Below are positions 25,665 through 33,938 of a stretch of DNA of 40,316 nt, piece by piece (within the stretch, counting starts at the first letter, position 1; each line of letters opens with the position of its first letter). The notes under the pieces were generated by a model, which saw only the letters and a list, made by a program, of their open reading frames with translations, ran no database searches and had not been told where the DNA came from. Position numbers and translations under genes: made by a program. This DNA is from Flavobacteriales bacterium (GTDB lineage Bacteria; Bacteroidota; Bacteroidia; Flavobacteriales; BACL11): positions 1 through 40,316 of the forward strand of contig JABHQB010000036.1 in assembly GCA_018695965.1 (NCBI GenBank), given 5' to 3'.

Positions 25665-27668
25665 TTACAGATTTAGAGAATTAATTAGTTCATCATCTGC
25701 AAGGCTGGGTATACTTACTTTTAAGTTAGGTTCCATTTCCATAGCTCTTCTTATAGCAAAATTAGCTTCTTTGTTTCTAGCCCAGCTTCTTCTGCTTATT
25801 CCGTTATTTACATCCCAAAAAAGCATAGACTTTAATTTTCTATCTGAATCTTTACTACCATCTAACATCATGCCAAAACCACCATTTATAACTTCACCCC
25901 AACCAACACCACCACCATTATGGATTGAAACCCATGTAGCTCCTCTAAAACTATCTCCAATAACATTTTGTATTGCCATATCAGCAGTAAATTGGGATCC
26001 ATCATAAATATTTGAAGTCTCTCTGTATGGAGAATCTGTGCCACTAACATCATGATGATCTCTTCCTAAAATTACGGGTGCAGAAAGTTCTCCACTATTA
26101 ACTGCATTGTTAAATGCTTCTGCTATTTTCATTCTTCCTTCAGCATCTGCATAAAGTATTCTAGCTTCAGATCCAACTACCAATTTATTCTCTCCGGCAG
26201 CTTTTATCCAGTTTATATTATCGTTCATTTGTAATTTTATCTCTTCAGGGGAAGTTGACATGATATTTTCTAAAACTTCAGTTGCAATTCTATCTGTAAT
26301 TTTCAAATCTGTTAAGGAATTTGAAGAACATACCCAACGGAACGGACCGAAACCATAATCGAAACACATTGGCCCCATAATATCTTGTACATAAGAAGAA
26401 TATTTAAATCCTCCCTTTTCGTTTAGTATATCTGCCCCTGCACGGCTTGCTTCTAACAAGAATGCATTTCCATAATCAAAAAAGTACATACCTCTTTCTG
26501 TAAGGGTGTTTATTGCATTTGTATGACGAACCAATGTTCTTTGTACTTCTTTTTTGAATTGTTCAGGATTATTAGTCATCATATTGTTTGCATCTTCAAA
26601 ACTCACCCCAACAGGGTAGTATCCACCTGCCCATGGGTTGTGTAAGGAAGTTTGGTCGGAGCCTAATTCAATATCTATGTTTCTTTCTACCAACCTTTCC
26701 CAAAGGTCAACAATGTTTCCATCATAAGCAATAGATACAGCTTCTTTGTTTTCTCTGGCTTGTATGGCTCTATCAATTAATTTATCTAAGTCTTTATATA
26801 CTTCATCTACCCAACCTTGTTTGTGTCTTTTAGAAGTTGCTTCTAGATTTATTTCTGCTACTATACAAATTCCTTTAGCTATAACTCCTGCTTTTGCTTG
26901 AGCTCCACTCATTCCTCCTAAACCTGAAGTAACAAATATTTTACCACTCATATCTATTGCAGAAGAATCAATTTTTCTCGAAGCATTTAGAATTGTAATA
27001 GTAGTTCCATGAACAATACCTTGAGGACCTATATACATAAAACTACCAGCAGTCATTTGTCCGTATTGAGTAACTCCAAGTGCATTAAATTTTTCTAAGT
27101 CTTCTGGTTTTGAGTAGTTTGGAATCATCATTCCATTTGTCACTACAACTCTTGGGGCATCTTTATGTGATGGAAATAATCCCATTGGATGACCGGAATA
27201 TAAAACTAAAGTTTGTTTATCTGTCATTTCTGCTAGGTATTGCATACAAAGTAGGTATTGTGCCCAATTTTGGAAAACGGCACCATTTCCACCATATGTA
27301 ATTAACTCGTGAGGATACTGAGCAATATCATAGTCTAAGTTGTTGGATAACATCATCATTATTCCAGCAGCTTGCTTACTTTTATGAGGGAATTCTTCAA
27401 AATGACGAGATTTTATTTCATAATCTGGTCTATATCGGTACATATAAATTCTACCATATTTTTTCAGTTCATCTGCAAATTCTTGTGCAAGTTGAGAATG
27501 TAAGTTTTTAGGGTAATATCGTAGTGCGTTTTTTATTGCAAGTTTCTTTTGCTGAGTTGTCAGTATATCCTTTCTTTTTGGAGCGTGACTAACAGAAGTG
27601 TCGAACTCTTTTTTTTGAGGTAACTGTGTAGGGATACCTTGTAAAATAGATTTTTTTATATTAATCAT
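25665..27668 (-). CDS. hutU: Urocanate hydratase (long ~670-aa form)
   Basis: Family blocks are conserved throughout (GGMSGAQ, QTSLHNPWAGGYYP, RWVCSS, ILGRDHHDVSGTDSPYRETSNI, HNGGGVGWGEV). Confidence 0.95.
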   Translation of the reverse strand: MINIKKSILQGIPTQLPQKKEFDTSVSHAPKRKDILTTQQKKLAIKNALRYYPKNLHSQLAQEFADELKKYGRIYMYRYRPDYEIKSRHFEEFPHKSKQAAGIMMMLSNNLDYDIAQYPHELITYGGNGAVFQNWAQYLLCMQYLAEMTDKQTLVLYSGHPMGLFPSHKDAPRVVVTNGMMIPNYSKPEDLEKFNALGVTQYGQMTAGSFMYIGPQGIVHGTTITILNASRKIDSSAIDMSGKIFVTSGLGGMSGAQAKAGVIAKGICIVAEINLEATSKRHKQGWVDEVYKDLDKLIDRAIQARENKEAVSIAYDGNIVDLWERLVERNIDIELGSDQTSLHNPWAGGYYPVGVSFEDANNMMTNNPEQFKKEVQRTLVRHTNAINTLTERGMYFFDYGNAFLLEASRAGADILNEKGGFKYSSYVQDIMGPMCFDYGFGPFRWVCSSNSLTDLKITDRIATEVLENIMSTSPEEIKLQMNDNINWIKAAGENKLVVGSEARILYADAEGRMKIAEAFNNAVNSGELSAPVILGRDHHDVSGTDSPYRETSNIYDGSQFTADMAIQNVIGDSFRGATWVSIHNGGGVGWGEVINGGFGMMLDGSKDSDRKLKSMLFWDVNNGISRRSWARNKEANFAIRRAMEMEPNLKVSIPSLADDELINSLNL

Positions 27669-27826
27669 TTCTTTTTATCTTCTTTCTTATATGGACAATG
27701 TTTGCAGTTGTTTTCGCAACAGTAACCTCTATTTAAATGGTATTTTTCAGTAAAAACTACATACCCTTCTTTGGAATAATAATATTCATCTTTTTCTAGA
27801 TTTTGTATGTTAGAGAACTCTTTCAT
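27665..27826 (-). CDS. Small (53 aa) Cys-rich protein, DUF5522-like; not in the supplied ORF track
   Basis: Hand translation: MKEFSNIQNLEKDEYYYSKEGYVVFTEKYHLNRGYCCENNCKHCPYKKEDKKK. Its TGA stop overlaps the hutU ATG (ATGA). A perfect -7 box lies 7 nt upstream. The GY.VFTE.YHL.RGYCC...C.HCPY pattern matches my recollection of DUF5522. Confidence 0.6.
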   Translation of the reverse strand: MKEFSNIQNLEKDEYYYSKEGYVVFTEKYHLNRGYCCENNCKHCPYKKEDKKK

Positions 27827-27833
27827 ATACTTG

Positions 27834-27841
27834 CAAATTTA
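27834..27841 (-). promoter_or_regulatory. -7 promoter box (TAAATTTG on minus strand) for the small-CDS/hutU/DUF2461 operon
   Basis: Plus strand reads CAAATTTA. Only 7 nt separate it from the ATG at 27826. Confidence 0.4.
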
Positions 27842-27855
27842 CGATATTTGCGTGA

Positions 27856-28746
27856 ATGAAAATCAAAACTAAAGAAATATCCCATCCTATTTTAAAAGAG
27901 AAGGAAATAAAACTTTTTATAAAGAGAATAGATTTGATTCATACTTTTATATCAGGTAATAAATGGTATAAATTGAAATATAATTTACTAGAAGCAAAAA
28001 AACAAAATACAAATACTGTTTTAACTTTTGGTGGTGCTTATTCTAATCATATATCAGCAACATCTTTTGCTGCAAAGGAAAAAGGATTCAAAAGTATAGG
28101 AATAATTAGTGGGGAGGAAACTTTACCATTAAATGACACTTTAGATTTTGCCAAAAAACAAGGAATGTCAACACATTATGTGAGTAGGAGTGATTATAGA
28201 AAAAAATACACAGATGATTTTATAGATAAATTAAGAGAAAAATTCGGTAATTTTTATTTAGTTCCAGAAGGAGGGACAAATGAACTTGCTGTAAAAGGTG
28301 CTCAGGAAATCTTAGATAGAAATGACACTCAAGATTTTATTTGCACTGCAATAGGTACAGGGGGAACTATTTCAGGAATTATTAATTCATCTTGCGACAA
28401 TCAGAAGGTTTTAGGATTTCCTGCTATAAAAGGTGGTGAAGATTTAGAAAAGGATATATCTGAATGGACAAACAAAGAGAATTGGAAACTTTTTTCAGAT
28501 TATCATTTTGGTGGATATGCTAAAATATCGGAGGGTTTAATCCATTTTATTATGGATTTTTACAATATACAAAATATTCCTTTGGATGCTGTCTATACCG
28601 GAAAAATGATGATGGGTATTTTGGATTTAGTAGCTAAAGATTACTTTGCAAAAGGAAGTGAAATATTAGCAATTCATACAGGAGGATTACAGGGAAATAT
28701 TGGTTTTAATAAAAGGTTTGGGTTAAATCTTCCTCATAATCTCTAA
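27856..28746 (+). CDS. PLP-dependent 1-aminocyclopropane-1-carboxylate deaminase / D-cysteine desulfhydrase family protein
   Basis: PLP-lysine block SGNKWYKLKYNL, LTFGGAYSNHISATSFAA, GIISGEE, TGGTISG. Confidence 0.8.
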   Translation: MKIKTKEISHPILKEKEIKLFIKRIDLIHTFISGNKWYKLKYNLLEAKKQNTNTVLTFGGAYSNHISATSFAAKEKGFKSIGIISGEETLPLNDTLDFAKKQGMSTHYVSRSDYRKKYTDDFIDKLREKFGNFYLVPEGGTNELAVKGAQEILDRNDTQDFICTAIGTGGTISGIINSSCDNQKVLGFPAIKGGEDLEKDISEWTNKENWKLFSDYHFGGYAKISEGLIHFIMDFYNIQNIPLDAVYTGKMMMGILDLVAKDYFAKGSEILAIHTGGLQGNIGFNKRFGLNLPHNL

Positions 28747-30114
28747 CTTACTGTTGTCTTTCCAAGTTCCTGCTGTAAAGTCAGGAATTTTTATTGATTG
28801 ACTATTAGTAGCAACAGAAAGTTCGGAAAGTGGAGTGATAGAACTCCACATTACACTATCGTACAAATTTATATCTAGTGGTAGTCCTAAATTAAGGCAT
28901 CTTACCAATCGGTAAATCATTACAAAATCCATGCCTCCATGCCCTTGTTTGAATCCTTTACTTATTTTTTTTAGTTTGTTTATTATTGGATGTTGGTATT
29001 TACTTCTGTATTTTTTATATTCTTCTTCCTTCAACCAATTGTGTCCCCAATATTCTGGTTTTTCTCCTTCAATATATAATCTACTTGGGTATCCGTCGTG
29101 CACAGCTTTTGTGCCAACTACTTTATTGATTCTAGAGTAAGGCCTTCCGGTATGAACATCAAATTGTAAAAGAATTGTTTTCCCTTTTTCTGTTTTAATT
29201 AGAGTGTTGTTCATATCTCCACATTTATAAGATTGAATAGGATGATTAGCTTGTTTTGCTGCACTACTCAAATTCAATTCTCTACTACTCATTGATGTAA
29301 GATGAGAAAATGTATCTCCTCTACCAATATTTAAGTAAAAGGAAATCGGACCTAATCCGTGAGTTGTATAAAAATTACCATTTCTTTCAGCATGTTCGTG
29401 TAATCTCCATTGTCCTTCATAATAAGTATCGTGAAGCAGTAGAGCTCTCAAATCATGCAAGTAAGCTCCTTCGGTATGTGTGATGTCTCCGAAAACATCT
29501 TCTTGGATCATATTCAGAATCCAAAGTTCTTCTTCATTGTAATTGCAGTTTTCCATCATTAAACAATGTTTTTTAGTACGCTCGGCAGTTTGTATCAAGC
29601 TCCAACAATCTTCAATTGTAGATGAAATAGGCACTTCACTTCCAACATGTTTTCCGTTTTCCATAGCGTAGAGTGCCATTGGAGTATGTAAATCCCAAGG
29701 AGTAGCAATTATTACCAAATCAACATCATTTCTTTGGCAAAGTTTTTTCCAATCGTTTTGAGTTTTATAATATAGATTTGCTTTCTTTTTTTGCCAAACA
29801 GATAATTTTTCCGAAGCAGAATTTACTTTCTTCTCTGTGATGTCGGATATTGCAATAATTTCAGCATGATTATTTTCATGTAAATATTGGAACATTTCTA
29901 AAAGAGTATTCCCTCTGTTTCCCATTCCAATAATACCGACTCTTACTTTTTTAATAGGGGAGCAGGAAAACCCAAACATACTTCCGTCAACATCTTTTTT
30001 AGTGTTGTTTATTAGTTCTTGAACAGAATCTTCTTCACTAGAAAAACTGTTAAATGGAATTCCTAAAAAGGCAGAAGCTCCGATTACAGATTTAAGGAAA
30101 TGTTTTCTTTTCAT
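28723..30114 (-). CDS. Exported Gfo/Idh/MocA-family NAD-dependent enzyme, GH109 (alpha-N-acetylgalactosaminidase)-like
   Basis: Signal MKRKHFLKSVIGASAFLG (Tat-like, but K-R-K). Rossmann block VRVGIIGMGNRGNT. Size and architecture resemble GH109. The track's start at 30144 is a TTG inside a -7 box, so I take the ATG at 30114. Confidence 0.65.
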   Translation of the reverse strand: MKRKHFLKSVIGASAFLGIPFNSFSSEEDSVQELINNTKKDVDGSMFGFSCSPIKKVRVGIIGMGNRGNTLLEMFQYLHENNHAEIIAISDITEKKVNSASEKLSVWQKKKANLYYKTQNDWKKLCQRNDVDLVIIATPWDLHTPMALYAMENGKHVGSEVPISSTIEDCWSLIQTAERTKKHCLMMENCNYNEEELWILNMIQEDVFGDITHTEGAYLHDLRALLLHDTYYEGQWRLHEHAERNGNFYTTHGLGPISFYLNIGRGDTFSHLTSMSSRELNLSSAAKQANHPIQSYKCGDMNNTLIKTEKGKTILLQFDVHTGRPYSRINKVVGTKAVHDGYPSRLYIEGEKPEYWGHNWLKEEEYKKYRSKYQHPIINKLKKISKGFKQGHGGMDFVMIYRLVRCLNLGLPLDINLYDSVMWSSITPLSELSVATNSQSIKIPDFTAGTWKDNSKLEIMRKI

Positions 30115-30141
30115 TGCAGAATGTTTATAATTTAGATTTTC

Positions 30142-30149
30142 CAAATGTA
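30142..30149 (-). promoter_or_regulatory. -7 promoter box (TACATTTG on minus strand) upstream of the GH109-like gene
   Basis: Plus strand reads CAAATGTA. It lies 27 nt upstream of the ATG at 30114. Confidence 0.4.
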
Positions 30150-30181
30150 TACAATTTATGATAATTATATATTTTAGTGAA

Positions 30182-31069
30182 ATGAAAGTTTTCTGTTTTT
30201 TAGTTTCTTTTTTCTGCCTCTATTCTGTTTCTTCTCAAAGCAAATCAGAATTATATATAAAGCAATATTCTGAATTAGCTGTAAGTGAAATGAAAGAATT
30301 TGGAATACCAGCATCTATTACGTTATCTCAAGGAATATTAGAAAGCGGAAATGGAGAAAGTTACCTAGCAACTGAGGGGAAAAACCATTTTGGAATAAAA
30401 TGCCATGATTGGGAAGGAGAGGAGATATATGCAGATGATGATAAAGAGAACGAATGTTTCAGAAAGTATAAAAAGGTACAACAATCGTACAGAGATCATT
30501 CTGAATTTTTAACTACACATAGTAGATATTCCTCTTTATTTGAATTGGAAATAACCGATTATAAAGGATGGGCTAAAGGATTAAAAAAGGCGGGTTATGC
30601 TACCTCACCAACATATGCGGAGAAATTAATTTCTATTATAGAAAGATATAACTTACAAGAATTTGACCAAGAAGAAAAAGACGAATCTCTAAGAGAAAAG
30701 CATTTGTTTGTCACTCATAATTATGGATTTCCTTTTGCTTATGGGATAGGATTAAATTATATGCAAATGGATAAGTATTTTATTAGTACAGATATAAGCT
30801 CTTCTTTTGTGTTTAGTGGAGTATCTGTTGGAGGAGGGAAGCATTTGTTTGATAAGTTTTATGCTGCTATGTCAGTAAATGGGATTTATCATGGGTACAC
30901 TAATAATTACAAACATAAATTAGATGTAGGGATAAACCCAAAGCTTACGTATGTTTTGGACAAGAAAAACAAAAGAATACTAATTAATGCAGGATTTATA
31001 TATACTCTTGAAGAGATAAAAAACAAGAATATAAGAGCAACTTTTAGTTTAACGTATTTGATAAAGTAG
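30182..31069 (+). CDS. Secreted glucosaminidase-domain (FlgJ/mannosyl-glycoprotein endo-beta-N-acetylglucosaminidase-like) protein with an unassigned C-terminal half
   Basis: Signal peptide MKVFCFLVSFFCLYSVSSQ (ATG at 30182; the track start at 30158 adds 8 aa). IPASITLSQGILESGNGESYLATEGKNHFGIKCH and GYATSPTYAEKLISIIE. Confidence 0.75.
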   Translation: MKVFCFLVSFFCLYSVSSQSKSELYIKQYSELAVSEMKEFGIPASITLSQGILESGNGESYLATEGKNHFGIKCHDWEGEEIYADDDKENECFRKYKKVQQSYRDHSEFLTTHSRYSSLFELEITDYKGWAKGLKKAGYATSPTYAEKLISIIERYNLQEFDQEEKDESLREKHLFVTHNYGFPFAYGIGLNYMQMDKYFISTDISSSFVFSGVSVGGGKHLFDKFYAAMSVNGIYHGYTNNYKHKLDVGINPKLTYVLDKKNKRILINAGFIYTLEEIKNKNIRATFSLTYLIK

Positions 31070-31081
31070 AGAGGATTATGC

Positions 31082-32365
31082 TTAATAAAAAAACTTTTTC
31101 ATAAAAAAGTAGTCTCCTTCTTTTGGTTGTTTTTTATCCAAATACCTTTTTATCGCAGTGTTCCAATTTAGTTTTGTAGTTCCATTATCTGTTACAAAAA
31201 ACACATGATCTGTTTTTACCTTGTTGTAATCATAGTTGTTTTTTTCTAGTTTTAATTTTAGTTTTAAGCTGGCTTTCCGGAATGTCTCGCCTTTAACAAG
31301 AGTATATCTTATTTCTCCTAATTCTTTTTGTGTAAGTGTATCTGTTATTGTTGTGTCTTTTAAAAGAGAATTAACAAGTATATTTTGTGTAAGAGTATCT
31401 GTTGTTATTGTGTCAATCAAAATAGAATCAATAGGTATGTCTTGTTTCTTTTCAAATTTTAATATTTTGAGATGAGTACTAACCATGGTGTTTTCATCTC
31501 TTAATTGATACGATATAATTGTGTTGTTACTGTCTTCTGATGAAGTAATATCTGAATAATAATGTAGTCCATACTTTGCAGACTGGTATCTTTTGTAGTC
31601 TGAGTATACAGGATTATTTTCTAAGATATTTCCTGTGTCCAAACTAAGATATAGGTCATATAATTGTGTTGTGTCTGACGAAAAAATAAAATAATCACTA
31701 GTAGATAAATAATAGTTATTGTTTTCTGTAAATAACTTGTCTGCAAGTAGTTGAAATAGGTTGTCTAAATTTGTTTTGTAATAATTTCTTTTCTCAGTAA
31801 TATATGTTTCGGTAGAATCATTTATATGATTTAAGATGCTGGATACATTATGTGGTTCGTTAGTTTTCAGATAATAATAAGTAGTATTGTTGGTTGTGAA
31901 AAACCCTACTTCTTTAATATAGTTCGCTAGTTCAGATAGGTTAAAATTATAATCAGAATTTAACATTTTGTATATGGAATCCCAATTGTTAAAATTATTG
32001 TTGTTTTTCAGATAAGTTTTATAATTATTGAAAGTAATTTTTTTGTACGACATACTTAAAAATTCTGAAGTAGAAAGTGGAGCAATTTTATCAATACTAA
32101 CATCTATCTTTTCCTGATGTCTTAAGATGTTTATGAAACTTGTGGAGTCATTATCATATTTTATAGTAGAGTCGCCTATCATTGAGTTTAGATCCTGAAG
32201 AGGTATATCTTTTTCTAGAATTCTAAACATTAGATTAGCAGTGTTTTCTGTATTATTGTTAGGATTTGTGTTTTCTACATCATTATAAGCTCCTTTATAA
32301 ACCCAGTATATAATAACAGTTAAACACACTATTATTACTCCAATATTTCTGATTCTTTTATTCAT
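31082..32365 (-). CDS. Hypothetical N-terminally membrane-anchored, Asn/Tyr/Thr-rich protein
   Basis: TM anchor IGVIIVCLTVIIYWVY. Internal 19-aa-period repeat (DTITTDTLTQ / DTTITDTLTQ). I recognise no family. The track start at 32371 is a GTG, so I take the ATG at 32365. Confidence 0.4.
   Translation of the reverse strand: MNKRIRNIGVIIVCLTVIIYWVYKGAYNDVENTNPNNNTENTANLMFRILEKDIPLQDLNSMIGDSTIKYDNDSTSFINILRHQEKIDVSIDKIAPLSTSEFLSMSYKKITFNNYKTYLKNNNNFNNWDSIYKMLNSDYNFNLSELANYIKEVGFFTTNNTTYYYLKTNEPHNVSSILNHINDSTETYITEKRNYYKTNLDNLFQLLADKLFTENNNYYLSTSDYFIFSSDTTQLYDLYLSLDTGNILENNPVYSDYKRYQSAKYGLHYYSDITSSEDSNNTIISYQLRDENTMVSTHLKILKFEKKQDIPIDSILIDTITTDTLTQNILVNSLLKDTTITDTLTQKELGEIRYTLVKGETFRKASLKLKLKLEKNNYDYNKVKTDHVFFVTDNGTTKLNWNTAIKRYLDKKQPKEGDYFFMKKFFY
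31326..31414 (-). repeat. Two copies of a 32-nt direct repeat (29/32 identical, 57-nt period) inside the CDS
   Basis: TTTTGTGTAAGTGTATCTGTTATTGTTGTGTC (31326..31357) versus TTTTGTGTAAGAGTATCTGTTGTTATTGTGTC (31383..31414). They encode the ...TDTLTQ... repeats. Confidence 0.7.
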
Positions 32366-32388
32366 AAACACAATAAATAAGTTTGAAA

Positions 32389-32396
32389 CAAAATTA
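32389..32396 (-). promoter_or_regulatory. -7 promoter box (TAATTTTG on minus strand) upstream of the membrane-anchored hypothetical gene
   Basis: Plus strand reads CAAAATTA. It abuts the rnhB stop and lies 23 nt upstream of the ATG at 32365. Confidence 0.4.
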
Positions 32397-32990
32397 TTAA
32401 AATAGCTCTATCTGATTTGTTAGTAAACGGAAACTTTTCCTATGGTATTTGTTAGCACCGAATTTTTTTATTGATTCTCTGTGCTTTTTTGTTGGGTATC
32501 CTTGGTTAGTTTCCCAAGAATATTGAGGAAATTCCTCCGATAAATCTTTCATTATCTTATCTCTTGCGGTTTTTGCAATAACAGATGCAGCAGCAATACT
32601 CATGTATTTTGCATCTCCTTTTATAATGCATTTATGTTCTACTTTTTTATATTTATTAAATCGATTTCCATCAATTAAAAGTAGTTCGTATTTGTTAGAA
32701 ATCTGATCTATAGCTCGGTGCATTGCTAGAAAAGATGCGTTTAGTATATTTATTTTATCAATTTCCTTTGGAGATACAACTCCTATTCCGAAAGATATTG
32801 CTTCATCTTTTATTATTTTCTCAAGAATTTCTCTTTTCTTCTTACTAAGTTGTTTAGAATCATTAAGTGTTTTATTATTGAAATGCTTAGGAAGTAATAC
32901 AGCTGCGGCTACAACCGGACCAGCTAAGCATCCTCTGCCCGCTTCATCACATCCAACCTCAATTTTACCAGAAAACCTTTGTTTTAACAT
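32397..32990 (-). CDS. rnhB: Ribonuclease HII
   Basis: [35 protein letters not shown]. Its start overlaps the upstream stop by 1 nt (TAATG). Confidence 0.95.
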   Translation of the reverse strand: MLKQRFSGKIEVGCDEAGRGCLAGPVVAAAVLLPKHFNNKTLNDSKQLSKKKREILEKIIKDEAISFGIGVVSPKEIDKINILNASFLAMHRAIDQISNKYELLLIDGNRFNKYKKVEHKCIIKGDAKYMSIAAASVIAKTARDKIMKDLSEEFPQYSWETNQGYPTKKHRESIKKFGANKYHRKSFRLLTNQIELF

Positions 32991-33871
32991 TATTTCTTAA
33001 AAAGCCCTCTATCGTTTTTATCTTTATCAATTTCAGGAAGAGATTTATTAGTTCTGATGTCAATATCTTCTTTAAATATCCATTCTCCGTTTTTATACAG
33101 AAAGCAATCATAACTTCCGTCTGGAACATAAAACTGATTGAATCCTTCTTGATTCTCTTTTAACGGAACTAGATGATCTAATACAATTCGGTTCTTGTGT
33201 TCATCAAAATTTACACTTGCAGAAGTATTTCTATTGTACTCCACCACTATTCTTTTTGTAGTGTCTTCTCCTTTTATAAATATGTCTTTTCCCAAGGTTA
33301 CTTTCTGATTTTTTATATCTAATACATCAATTATCTTTATTATAGATTCTGGATTGTTTCCATTCCATGCAAGTAGGGTATAGTGTTGATTGTTTCTCTT
33401 TTTCGGAGAAATAATTTTGTAGTATAAAGATCCATACCAATTTTCATTATTATAGATTGTTGTTTCAAAATTAAATAAATCAGTTTCTGTATGTTTCAAT
33501 TCAATTATCTGATTGTATCCGTTGTCAGAATTTGGAAGGATAATAAAAGCAAAATACTTACTTGCTCCATTTCCTTTAGGAAGAATCCAGTTAAATAAGC
33601 GGAAGGAATTATCTTCAGGATTTAATCTGCTAATAGTTTTTAGATCATTGAAAGGATAATCGTAAGATTTTTTATACTTCATTACTTCCTTTAACTCTGA
33701 TATAAAACCAATATTTGATTTCTCTCTTATTTCCAGAGTCTCTCCATACATTATATTATTTGATAATACTAATAGAGTGTCTTCATATTCTTTTATCACC
33801 TTATCGGAGATGTTTTGTGCAGAAAGAAACATAGAAGAGAGGATAAAAATGAAAGAAAGGAATTTGTTCAT
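32990..33871 (-). CDS. Hypothetical secreted protein (signal peptide, no recognisable family)
   Basis: [19 protein letters not shown] signal. Coding-like composition. Coupled to rnhB. Confidence 0.4.
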   Translation of the reverse strand: MNKFLSFIFILSSMFLSAQNISDKVIKEYEDTLLVLSNNIMYGETLEIREKSNIGFISELKEVMKYKKSYDYPFNDLKTISRLNPEDNSFRLFNWILPKGNGASKYFAFIILPNSDNGYNQIIELKHTETDLFNFETTIYNNENWYGSLYYKIISPKKRNNQHYTLLAWNGNNPESIIKIIDVLDIKNQKVTLGKDIFIKGEDTTKRIVVEYNRNTSASVNFDEHKNRIVLDHLVPLKENQEGFNQFYVPDGSYDCFLYKNGEWIFKEDIDIRTNKSLPEIDKDKNDRGLFKK

Positions 33872-33911
33872 TATAATTTTTAATTAATAACTATAAAAAG
33901 TAAACTAATAT

Positions 33912-33919
33912 TACTTTTG
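33912..33919 (+). promoter_or_regulatory. -7 promoter box (TACTTTTG) upstream of the acyl-CoA reductase-like gene
   Basis: Perfect TAnnTTTG, 19 nt upstream of the ATG at 33939. Confidence 0.45.
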
Positions 33920-33921
33920 TA

Positions 33922-33929
33922 CAAAGATA
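33922..33929 (-). promoter_or_regulatory. -7 promoter box (TATCTTTG on minus strand) for the hypothetical/rnhB operon
   Basis: Plus strand reads CAAAGATA. It lies 50 nt upstream of the ATG at 33871 and 2 nt from the opposing plus-strand box. Confidence 0.3.
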
Positions 33930-33938
33930 TTACATAAA

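Noticed and set aside
25651-26007. 118-aa plus-strand ORF overlapping the 3' part of hutU.
   Set aside because: It is antisense to hutU. Its Leu/Ser/Pro-rich product mirrors the hutU codons. The same reasoning applies to the other short antisense ORFs in the track: 4774..4974, 5905..6213, 6584..6826, 7483..7680, 8934..9236, 9987..10250, 10458..10649, 12163..12393, 13602..13805, 15190..15420, 17614..17871, 20216..20398, 22574..22783, 23505..23702, 23842..24099, 24089..24304, 27110..27301, 28931..29140, 31236..31475, 35463..35651, 37378..37587 and 38999..39181.
25665-27668. Whether the isolated hutU is a degraded remnant, given that no other hut genes are nearby.
   Set aside because: The 667-aa frame is intact and the family blocks are conserved end to end. 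The other hut genes may simply lie elsewhere in the genome.
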